This document shows positions 39,424 through 47,802 of a DNA stretch of 64,000 nt, in pieces. This DNA is from Candidatus Undinarchaeota archaeon. GTDB taxonomy: Archaea; SpSt-1190; JASMDC01. The translations under genes and the position numbers were made by a program. Location: assembly GCA_964519305.1 (NCBI GenBank), contig CAZFHY010000002.1:32001-96000 (forward strand), read 5' to 3'. The notes below the pieces were generated by a model. That model worked only from the letters and a program-made list of their open reading frames with translations. It ran no database searches and had not been told where the DNA came from. Every line of letters starts with the position of its first letter. Position 1 is the stretch's first letter.

Positions 39424-40281
39424 ATGCACATCCTAGCCGGACCGGGTGGTATCGAGGTCGCTAGAAAGGTCGGGCTTGGGCTTGGTGTTCCCGTCCAGGA
39501 GGTAATGGTACGAACGTTCCCGGACAGTGAGCGCCTGCTGTGGGTACCCCGCGTACCTGAAGGGCCTTTGGCACTGATACAGTCCACTGCAGCACCCCAG
39601 GACGCGCGCCTCATGGAGCTATTCTTTACTTTGGACGTGTTACGTGAACTGGGAAGGTCCACTACCCTTGTCATCCCGTACTTCGGGTACGGACGCCAGG
39701 ACAAGGCTTTCAAGACCGGGGAGGCGGTCAGCGCCATGGCGGTGCTCCGCATCCTTGCCACCTATCCAATCGATCGCTTGGTGCTCGTGGACCCGCATTT
39801 CCACCGCACGCCCGGTAACTTCTCATCCCAGGGACTGTCCTGTACATCATTATGCGCAGCTCCGCTCATGGTGGAGAGGATCTCGTCCACCCTCAAGGAT
39901 CCACTTGTCATCGGACCGGACCAAGGTTCGGCCAATCTTGTTCGAAATGCTTCTGGAGACGCAATCGCCCTATCGAAGACACGTACCGGGGACCGAGATG
40001 TGTCAATCGATGATGAGAAGCTAGCGGTCGAGGGACGGGATGTGATCGTGTTCGACGATATGGTGAGCACTGGTGGTACGATGATCGAGGCAGTTCGCAT
40101 CATGCGGGAGCAGGGAGCACGGCGCATCGTGGCAGCATGCACACACGGCGTGTTCGTGGAGAAGGCCGACGCTCGCATACTCGCCGCAGGTGCCGACGAG
40201 ATCGTGTGCAGCGACTCAATCCCGGGAGAATATGCATCCGTGTCAGTGGCACCGCTGATCACGAAAGCATTGCAGGAGTGA
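39424..40281 (+). CDS. prs: Ribose-phosphate pyrophosphokinase
   Basis: FPD.E, PY.GY.RQD, GPD.G, FDDMVSTGGT, THG. Confidence 0.95.
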   Translation: MHILAGPGGIEVARKVGLGLGVPVQEVMVRTFPDSERLLWVPRVPEGPLALIQSTAAPQDARLMELFFTLDVLRELGRSTTLVIPYFGYGRQDKAFKTGEAVSAMAVLRILATYPIDRLVLVDPHFHRTPGNFSSQGLSCTSLCAAPLMVERISSTLKDPLVIGPDQGSANLVRNASGDAIALSKTRTGDRDVSIDDEKLAVEGRDVIVFDDMVSTGGTMIEAVRIMREQGARRIVAACTHGVFVEKADARILAAGADEIVCSDSIPGEYASVSVAPLITKALQE

Positions 40282-40288
40282 GCCGCGC

Positions 40289-40951
40289 TCAATCGTTCTT
40301 GATTGTCTTGAGTGCAAGGGCGAGCTGGTTGTGAGCCGAGAGGAGCGTGTCCTTCCAATCAGCGGGCTCACCTGAGGGCGCCCCTTCCGCGTGTGACTCG
40401 ATCTGGGGGATTTCTTCCATCCCTACGGGCCCTTTGGCCTGAACGATGTCGACAAGCGTGTCCACGAGGGTCTCGAGCTTGCCCATTCGCGCCTCAAGAG
40501 GGCTACCCTTCTTGACGACCGCGTTCTCAAGGGCGCTGATCCGACCGGCGATATCCATGACCCGCGTGTCCAACTTCTTCTCCAGTGAGGCGTCCAGTTC
40601 GTCGAGGTTCAAGGTAGCGGCACCTTTCTCGTCGCTAGCCCCGGCCAGGGCCGACAGGTCCGTCTCGAACGAGCGCAGGCGCTTGTGAAGGGACTCCATC
40701 TTATCGAGGATGTCACGGTTCACCTTGGGTGTCGGGAGCCGGTTGATGATCTTCTCCAGCTTCGCCACACGTACCTCAAGCCCCTTGAGGGATTCGACCG
40801 AGTCTCGAAGCCGTTCCTCTTCAGCAATGGCCTTGAGAAGGATGTCTCGCTCCTTTTCACTGAACTTGCCCAATGCACGGAAGAGCCGAGCGTACTCGGT
40901 GCACTTCCTGTCCAGTTCATTGACCTTGTTCTCGAGCGTGGCGTCCGGCAC
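40289..40951 (-). CDS. Hypothetical coiled-coil protein
   Basis: Repeated 'R...LE' heptads. Confidence 0.65.
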   Translation of the reverse strand: MPDATLENKVNELDRKCTEYARLFRALGKFSEKERDILLKAIAEEERLRDSVESLKGLEVRVAKLEKIINRLPTPKVNRDILDKMESLHKRLRSFETDLSALAGASDEKGAATLNLDELDASLEKKLDTRVMDIAGRISALENAVVKKGSPLEARMGKLETLVDTLVDIVQAKGPVGMEEIPQIESHAEGAPSGEPADWKDTLLSAHNQLALALKTIKND

Positions 40952-41014
40952 GTAAGCACCCGGCTCCCACTTAGGTGGAAAACATTAAAAAGACCACCGA
41001 ACGAGGGAGGGCCT

Positions 41015-41656
41015 ATGAGGGCTATGCTATGTCCCACATGCGGCGTTGCGGATGTGAAGCCCTACGTTGCATTCGAATGTGGATTCCTTTACATGTGCGA
41101 GAACTGTGGTTACATAGGCCCCGTGGTCATTACAGTGGAACCTACGGATGCTGACACGTTCCTCAAGGATCCGGTGTTCGCCACCGAGGATTACGACTTC
41201 ACGCTCATTGATGTGATGCTCCTCCAGCAGCTGGCCAACGGGCAGGTTGCACGTGGGAAAGTGCTGGAAGGCCTCAGCCTCGCCAGCCGACATCTCGATG
41301 ATGCTCGTGAGAACCTCGCGAAGCTCGTGGGATTCGAGCTTATTGTCGAGAGCAAGAACGATGCGCTCAACCTCACAGATGCGGGTAAGGCAGCCCTTAA
41401 AGAACTGGAGGATAATTATAGCATTGATGAGGTCACCCCGCACGGTTTTGCTATAACCAAGGAGATCAAAGCAAAGCTTGCAGCCGTGTACCCTTCCCGG
41501 TTCACAGTCGAGGACATCTCGGAGGCAAGTTCGATTGATGAGATCGATGCCCAGCTCCTCATCCGCCATCTTGTGGAGCGCGAGCTCGTGCGCGAGGTGT
41601 CGGACCTGGGGATATTCGCCTTCACGGATAAGTTCGCAGAAGATATGGACCTTTAG
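41015..41656 (+). CDS. Zn-ribbon plus winged-helix hypothetical protein
   Basis: CPTC...CENCGY.GP, then wHTH-like 'LT..G' and 'L.E...V.E' segments; GGAGG SD before ATG 41015. Confidence 0.65.
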   Translation: MRAMLCPTCGVADVKPYVAFECGFLYMCENCGYIGPVVITVEPTDADTFLKDPVFATEDYDFTLIDVMLLQQLANGQVARGKVLEGLSLASRHLDDARENLAKLVGFELIVESKNDALNLTDAGKAALKELEDNYSIDEVTPHGFAITKEIKAKLAAVYPSRFTVEDISEASSIDEIDAQLLIRHLVERELVREVSDLGIFAFTDKFAEDMDL

Positions 41657-41772
41657 TGACGCCCTGTCACTATCACCACAAGTAATACTTGTCACTACAT
41701 CATAATGACAAGTTTTATATAGGAAGCGCGCCTAGTAATATACAGAGGATAATCGTCGGAAAAGCCAGGAGG

Positions 41773-42045
41773 ATGAGAGCGATGCAACCATACTACAGGT
41801 ATGCCTCGTATGCGCCTTCCTATAACTACCACCCCTATCGGCGCCCGGTCGACAATTCCCTCCGGCGCTCCGTTCTCCTGGCCACACTCTTCGTTGTCAT
41901 AAGTGGGATAATTAGCACATCGCTTGTTTCCTACGCGGCGACATTTTCCTGTATCGTGATCGCCTTCACGCAGGACCTTGAGCCGGTGGAGCACATGCTG
42001 TTCGGGATCCACCGGATGCCCCAGCGCTACAACCTTCGCTATTAG
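41773..42045 (+). CDS. Small membrane protein with Tyr/Pro-rich N-terminus
   Basis: ATG after AGGAGG; hydrophobic hairpin. Confidence 0.5.
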   Translation: MRAMQPYYRYASYAPSYNYHPYRRPVDNSLRRSVLLATLFVVISGIISTSLVSYAATFSCIVIAFTQDLEPVEHMLFGIHRMPQRYNLRY

Positions 42046-42104
42046 GGGAAGAGTCCGGCCAGCCGGGGATATATTTTAAAAACATCAGTACAATCTCCGC
42101 TCCG

Positions 42105-42683
42105 ATGGCAGCAACGAACGAGACTGATGATTACAATGAGCTTATGAACGCTTGGCTCTACAGATTGGGCCGGTACACGCTCATATTCCTGATCCTTGTG
42201 GTCCCTTACCTGTCGCTCCTGCGATACAACGGGTTCTTCGAGGACTACAACATCAATAATGCTCGCTACATGATCAGCTCGCTCATTCAGAGCGAAGCTG
42301 CAATGATCTCCATCCTCGTGGCAAGCAGCCTGATCGTCCTGAGGCTCTCCCCCCGGTCCATAGTGGCAAGCGAAGTAAGGAAGTTCCGTGAATCCCCGGA
42401 CCTGTGGATACTCATGGGCATCTACCTAGTAGCAATGGGCTACGGTCTTGTGACGCTGAACACACTTGGTATGGGATCCACGGAGGAGAACATAATCTCG
42501 AACTTCCAGATCGCATTCGTGCTCTATCTGGGCATCTTCGCCTTTGCATCGATCATCCCCTACGTCTGGAACCTTCTCAGCCTGATGGAGGGGGCCGCTT
42601 CGACCACTAAGGCCCCTGTCGCTGAAGAAGATGAAGGGGATGAGAAGAAGGAGAAGAAGGGAAAGGTCAAGAAGAAGAAATAA
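42105..42683 (+). CDS. Membrane protein (DUF2254-like)
   Basis: NARYM.S..IQS.AA motif, 4 TM, charged tail. Confidence 0.65.
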   Translation: MAATNETDDYNELMNAWLYRLGRYTLIFLILVVPYLSLLRYNGFFEDYNINNARYMISSLIQSEAAMISILVASSLIVLRLSPRSIVASEVRKFRESPDLWILMGIYLVAMGYGLVTLNTLGMGSTEENIISNFQIAFVLYLGIFAFASIIPYVWNLLSLMEGAASTTKAPVAEEDEGDEKKEKKGKVKKKK

Positions 42684-42753
42684 GGTCTGATCCCGCACCC
42701 CAAAAGGTTTTTATACAACCTGGGTCGCCCAGAATAACAGGACAGGGTATAAG

Positions 42754-44229
42754 ATGTTGTGCAATGAGGCCGAGGAGCCATTTGCAGCACCGGTCGCAAA
42801 GGCCTATGATGCGTTCGTCGAGGCCTTCGACACCCGTGACGATTACGAGACCATCAACGGTATGCGGGAGTCGCTCGCCAAGTCGTACGATCCAGTGCGC
42901 AATGGTAACATCGTTCTTGCACTGAACAAGTACGACATATTCACCGATAAGGACCGGGGGACGAGCCACGGCTCCCCGTGGGACTACGATCGTCATATCC
43001 CTCTCATCTTGTACGGGAAGGGGGTGCAGAAGGGTGTGGAGATCGATGACGATGCCATCCAGCAGGACATAGTCCCCACCCTCGCCTACCGCATCGGGAC
43101 CGATGCCCCGGCCACCGCCGAAGGGCGGGTCCTGCATGAGGCCTTCGACACCCGTGATGGCGAGCGTCCGAAGGTGGCCGTTATGATGGTTCTCGACCAG
43201 GTGGCGTTCCGCTACCTGGAAGAATACAAATGGGCGCTTAGCAACGTGCGGAAGATCGCTAGGGACGGGGTATCGTATAATAACATGCGCGTGGCCCACC
43301 TCCCCACCATCACAACCGTTGGCCACAGTGCTCTGGGAACGGGCGCGTTCCCGGGGACCACCGGTATAGTCGGTCACAATATCTACGATCCCGACCTCGA
43401 CGCCATGGTGTACGCAATGGAGGGGGGAAGCCCTCAGTACCTGGAGGCCGAGACCCTCGCGGACGTGTACGATCAATCCGTGGGCAATCGCGCCCGCATC
43501 GTTAGCGTTGGTGGTGCTGACCGGACAGCGATCGGTATGGCGGGTCATGGTACCATGTCTGCGGGCGGGGACAGTGACGACGTGTTCTGGTTCGATCCGG
43601 ACACAGGTCGGTTCGAGACCAACGATGCCTTCTACTCAATGCCCGACTACCTGCGCGGTATGGACATCATGGACTATTCCACACCCACCTTCAAAGGTCA
43701 TACGGTGGACGATCCCGAGGTGGCCATGGCATCACCTGCCCTCCCCCTGATGATGGGGGACGCCCTAATAAATGTGCTCGAGAACGAGGACCTGGGCTCG
43801 TCGGACGTCACCGACCTAATGTTCGCTAACTTCAAGTCACCCGATTACGTAGGCCACGCCTACGGCCAGGGGCCGGAGCTCTTCCTTACACTGCTGGCAG
43901 TGGACCGCTCCATCGGACGGGTCAAGGAGAAACTGGATGAGCTCTATGGGGACGACTACATGCTCATTATCACCGCTGACCATGGTGCCGCCCCGAATCC
44001 AGAGCGCTCCGGTGGCCACCGCGTCAACCCCGACCAGTTCGTGGAACGAATCAACACCGAGTTCAACGGTGCTGTTCGGTTCAATGAACCTGCGGGAGGT
44101 CTCATGAACCTCTATGTGGACGAGGACGCCTTGGCCCTCCAGGGGAAGACCCTTGAGGATGTGAAGGATACCCTGGAGTCTTACGACGAGGTATTCCATG
44201 CCTTCACGAAGGACGAGATCCAATCCTGA
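42754..44229 (+). CDS. Alkaline phosphatase superfamily (PafA/NPP-like) protein, circularly permuted
   Basis: Motifs LDQ, T.T..GH, DYVGH, ADHG and SHGSP.DYD..IPL are all present, but the last motif lies N-terminal to the others. Confidence 0.88.
   Translation: MLCNEAEEPFAAPVAKAYDAFVEAFDTRDDYETINGMRESLAKSYDPVRNGNIVLALNKYDIFTDKDRGTSHGSPWDYDRHIPLILYGKGVQKGVEIDDDAIQQDIVPTLAYRIGTDAPATAEGRVLHEAFDTRDGERPKVAVMMVLDQVAFRYLEEYKWALSNVRKIARDGVSYNNMRVAHLPTITTVGHSALGTGAFPGTTGIVGHNIYDPDLDAMVYAMEGGSPQYLEAETLADVYDQSVGNRARIVSVGGADRTAIGMAGHGTMSAGGDSDDVFWFDPDTGRFETNDAFYSMPDYLRGMDIMDYSTPTFKGHTVDDPEVAMASPALPLMMGDALINVLENEDLGSSDVTDLMFANFKSPDYVGHAYGQGPELFLTLLAVDRSIGRVKEKLDELYGDDYMLIITADHGAAPNPERSGGHRVNPDQFVERINTEFNGAVRFNEPAGGLMNLYVDEDALALQGKTLEDVKDTLESYDEVFHAFTKDEIQS
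42820..43157 (+). repeat. 20-bp direct repeat GAGGCCTTCGACACCCGTGA (42820-42839 and 43138-43157)
   Basis: Exact match; both copies encode EAFDTRD. Confidence 0.85.
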
Positions 44230-44233
44230 GCAG

Positions 44234-44926
44234 CTACCTGTTCATAGCCTGGTTGTATGATCCGAAGTTGACACGGTCGTAGTAGTAGCAGCGTGAGGCC
44301 TCTGGGCCATAGAGCGGTTGTGTCTGGTACTGCTGCTGTTGCTGTCCCTGGCCATACATCCCCTGGGTCTGGCCATAACCAGCATATGCGGGAGGCTGGG
44401 CAGCTACGGCCGCATGTGCTCGTGAGGCCCGTAGGGTGAGGACCACGACCGCACCAAGAAAGATGACCGCCAGCCCTCCGGCGACGATCATCGCCTTCGA
44501 GCTGCCCTCATCGTCACCCTCGCCTGAGGTACCGGACGCATCCTGGCCGCAGTCCTTGACCGTGAGCGTGCTTGATTCACTGCTCTCCCGTCCCTCGACG
44601 CCCATGGAACCCGTGAGAGTGAACTCGTACGAGCCCGCCGGGGTTCCGTCAGCGATGCGGAACGAGACCATTTGCTTGGCCTGTTTGAACGCTCCCAGGT
44701 TGATGGAGAATGTCTCGTCCGTGGCGTATTTACCGGCATCGCCCAAGACCTTCACGGTGAACATGACGTTGTCATCGATGAGGTTGCGGAATGTCGCTTC
44801 CGCTTCCACGATGTCCATTGGGCACCCGGGCGGTGGCTCGGTGATGGTCAGTTCGAGCACATCAACTGCGACCGCGCTCATGACCAAGATGAAGATGAGG
44901 GCAACAGCGCAACGCATAGGATTCAC
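44234..44926 (-). CDS. Secreted Ig-like protein with C-terminal TM and Gln/Tyr-rich tail
   Basis: Signal peptide, beta-rich domain, TM, QQQQQYQ tail. Confidence 0.7.
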   Translation of the reverse strand: MNPMRCAVALIFILVMSAVAVDVLELTITEPPPGCPMDIVEAEATFRNLIDDNVMFTVKVLGDAGKYATDETFSINLGAFKQAKQMVSFRIADGTPAGSYEFTLTGSMGVEGRESSESSTLTVKDCGQDASGTSGEGDDEGSSKAMIVAGGLAVIFLGAVVVLTLRASRAHAAVAAQPPAYAGYGQTQGMYGQGQQQQQYQTQPLYGPEASRCYYYDRVNFGSYNQAMNR

Positions 44927-45915
44927 TTTTCCGTGTTCAGGATGATGCGGTTCACCTTACCGATATGCTCTTTCTGGATAATGTTCCTAGCTTCGAGGGC
45001 AGTGATGGTACGTGATATCTTGGATTTCGAGTAGTCGAGTTCGCGGGTGAGGTCGGATTGCATCATGGTGCCGCCCGCTCGCACGACCGCTCGGACCACG
45101 TCACCTTCCTCCTCGCTGAGAGAGGGGAACAGTTCGAAGATATTGCCTTCCATTGTCTCGGTGCGTGGGGCCATGAAGAATCGCTTGACCACGTAACCTA
45201 TGGTAAAACCGAACATGAAGATGACCACCAGGGTCTGTATCGTATACCCGTTCTCCGTCACGGGCGGGCAATTACCTCTGATTACGGGTTTCTCGAAGGC
45301 CACCGAGAACTCGAGAGTGGTCCGCGGATCGAGGTTGCGGCGCGTCCAGGCCATGATGAGCGTACGTCCGTCGGTCTCTACCGACCCCTCAGGGTACATG
45401 AGCGAGGTCCCCTGGCCGGCCCGGTCGAGTGAGGCGGGGAGTACATAGCCCGGGGGCAGTCGTACACGGAGGCGAAAGTCCTCGATAGGGCGATGGGGTC
45501 TGAGGCGCATGGAGAATGTGTAGGTGGAGTTAACGCGCTTCACTGGTCCGCCCTTGTTAGCCTCCATGTCGAACTCAAGGTTCAGGGTGCGTCGCTCGGT
45601 CGGCTTGATGGGTGTCGTGAGGTTGATGGCCGCTACCCAGACCCCGGCCTCACGCACGAGCTTCCAATCTAGTGGTTGCATCGCGTCACGTACCTCGAAG
45701 TTACGGGCTTCGAATCCGAGGGGGAACGGTACCATGTGGATTGGATCCGTGCCCCAGTTCCATATAGTGGCGGTTACGACCTCGTGCACGTTCCCATTGG
45801 GCTCCACATACAGTTCCATGGCGTAGGTCTTGAACTTGAAGTCGTCGGCCACTCCCAGTCCGATGAGCGTGATGAGGGCGCAAAACAGGAGAATGGCCGT
45901 CCTACCTCTTCCCAT
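44923..45915 (-). CDS. Membrane-anchored protein with C-terminal winged helix (COG2512-like)
   Basis: Signal peptide, beta-sandwich, TM, 'QS.L......SKSK.SR....LE.R.II.K...G..N'. Confidence 0.8.
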   Translation of the reverse strand: MGRGRTAILLFCALITLIGLGVADDFKFKTYAMELYVEPNGNVHEVVTATIWNWGTDPIHMVPFPLGFEARNFEVRDAMQPLDWKLVREAGVWVAAINLTTPIKPTERRTLNLEFDMEANKGGPVKRVNSTYTFSMRLRPHRPIEDFRLRVRLPPGYVLPASLDRAGQGTSLMYPEGSVETDGRTLIMAWTRRNLDPRTTLEFSVAFEKPVIRGNCPPVTENGYTIQTLVVIFMFGFTIGYVVKRFFMAPRTETMEGNIFELFPSLSEEEGDVVRAVVRAGGTMMQSDLTRELDYSKSKISRTITALEARNIIQKEHIGKVNRIILNTEK

Positions 45916-45954
45916 TGCTCCCTATACGCACTGTATCCTATTTAAAAGCTGGCG

Positions 45955-47802
45955 TCAGCAGCGGTCGCAGCGCTCCACATTGTCCACGAGTACTGTGGCA
46001 CCATCCTTCATTACGGGCGTCACCGGTTTCATCACGATCTGGTGTTCGTTCTCGCCAGGTCGGACGAGCACGCGTTCGGTTGATGGGACAACGCGGTACC
46101 CTACGTTCCCGACATCATCCATTGATGGGACCGCGGCGAGTATGTACCATCCGGAGCGGATATGGGGGAAAGAGTATTCGCCCTTCTCGTCGACGACGGC
46201 CGTGTAGCTCAGACCCGGTTCATCAAGCGATGCTATGTGAATGGATATGTACCGCTCGGGCGAACCTCTAACGAACGATAGACGGGCGTTCCCCCTGTCG
46301 AGGATCATGTTCTTGCACCCGGTCGCTGAGCGGGTATTGCACAAAACAGCCGAACGCTTGAGCACCTCGCCTTTGAGGTTAGCCGCCGCAGTGAGGCGCA
46401 CTGTGACATTATTGACAACGTGCTCGCGCAGCTCGATAAGACGGGTGGATAGGAAATACGTATCCGTGTCCGTAGGTGTGGCCGAGAGACGGACATTGCC
46501 GCAGGGGACGTTCTCCACGACCGTCTCGTGGAACGAGCTAGGGAACGAGTGGATGATGGACATGTCGCAAACGTCCATGTACGCTCCGTCAATGATAGGG
46601 GTATCATCGGCCGCACCCAGTACCGTGAGTTTCATCGTGCAGGCGCCCAGACATTCCTCGCTAATGTCAGCTGCAGTCGAGCGGTATATCTGGTTCTCCC
46701 TTACCTCCCCCATGTACAAGACGTTGAATTTGAGGCCCGCCGCCGCAGACACTTCCTGGCCCAGGAGGACCTTGGATGTCTTGCGAAGGTCGACCACCGA
46801 TACTAGGGTGGGCATGGTGAAGTTGTACCACGCCTGCCAGCTACGTATGCAAGGATAGGTACGTCGAGCGACCCATTTATGGATGAGGTCGCGGTTACCA
46901 AAATAATCAACGAAGGTAAGATCTATCTGTGGGCGGACGGGTGACATGCGCCAAAGCACCTCCGCCTCCCGCCCGGTCAGGGTCTCATTGGTGCGGAGAC
47001 GGACGAGGGTCTGGGATATTGCCAGCTTGAGGTCCTCCTCCATAGGGGCGATGAGGTTGCGCTTATGCACGAACTCCTCTCTACAGGTGATCTCAGGGAG
47101 ACCTTCTGGTATCGGGAACCGGGGATCCTGACGCATGAAGTAGATGAAGTGTCGCTCGACGCTCTCGTTCCGGGCCATGAGACCTATCGCCTGCTCTGTG
47201 ATATCACGAAGGAACTTCAGGCGCAGCTCGAGCACCACCGACGGTGTATAGGTCTGTGTCTGGGGTCCAGTGCGGCCATCATGGGTGAGCACGACCGTGG
47301 CCGAGGCACCGACGTATGTGTCGCCGAGCTCGGCCTGTACCCTGACGTCCTTGGTGCGGAGGTGGACCGCTGCATACTCAGGCCGCTTCTCCAGCTCTTC
47401 GAGCCGCTCACGGAGCCGGCTGTCGATCTCATCCTCGAGCATAGAGCGCATAAGTTCGGTCGAAGGGATCTGTACTACACGTCCTCCGTGGAACCAGTAC
47501 GGGATCTGCTCGAACGAGACGGGCGGCACCAGCTCTCGGCGGTATCCTCCATGGGATGCGACTTCCTCGGTCGCCTCGTAAGTTGCCTCCTTCAGGGCAC
47601 TGGCCACGATCTCGTTGAGCTTTACCGCGGTGAACCGCTCCTCTTCTCCCTCCCGATTGTCCGAACGGCGCTTGTCATCAGCGCTCTGTCGTGCGTACGA
47701 ACCCGCGATGATGACCACGATTATGAGGGAGAACGCCATGAGCGCCAGCATGACGAACGCACCGCTCCCGCGATGCTGCTGTACGAGCGTCCTACTCCTC
47801 AA
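45955..47802 (-). CDS. Large exported protein with pilin-like N-terminus
   Basis: RG| followed by a hydrophobic helix, 'GGY' and 'PYW' motifs, C-terminal 'G.Y.F..I..G.Y' prealbumin-like domain. Confidence 0.6.
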   Translation of the reverse strand: MRSRTLVQQHRGSGAFVMLALMAFSLIIVVIIAGSYARQSADDKRRSDNREGEEERFTAVKLNEIVASALKEATYEATEEVASHGGYRRELVPPVSFEQIPYWFHGGRVVQIPSTELMRSMLEDEIDSRLRERLEELEKRPEYAAVHLRTKDVRVQAELGDTYVGASATVVLTHDGRTGPQTQTYTPSVVLELRLKFLRDITEQAIGLMARNESVERHFIYFMRQDPRFPIPEGLPEITCREEFVHKRNLIAPMEEDLKLAISQTLVRLRTNETLTGREAEVLWRMSPVRPQIDLTFVDYFGNRDLIHKWVARRTYPCIRSWQAWYNFTMPTLVSVVDLRKTSKVLLGQEVSAAAGLKFNVLYMGEVRENQIYRSTAADISEECLGACTMKLTVLGAADDTPIIDGAYMDVCDMSIIHSFPSSFHETVVENVPCGNVRLSATPTDTDTYFLSTRLIELREHVVNNVTVRLTAAANLKGEVLKRSAVLCNTRSATGCKNMILDRGNARLSFVRGSPERYISIHIASLDEPGLSYTAVVDEKGEYSFPHIRSGWYILAAVPSMDDVGNVGYRVVPSTERVLVRPGENEHQIVMKPVTPVMKDGATVLVDNVERCDRC

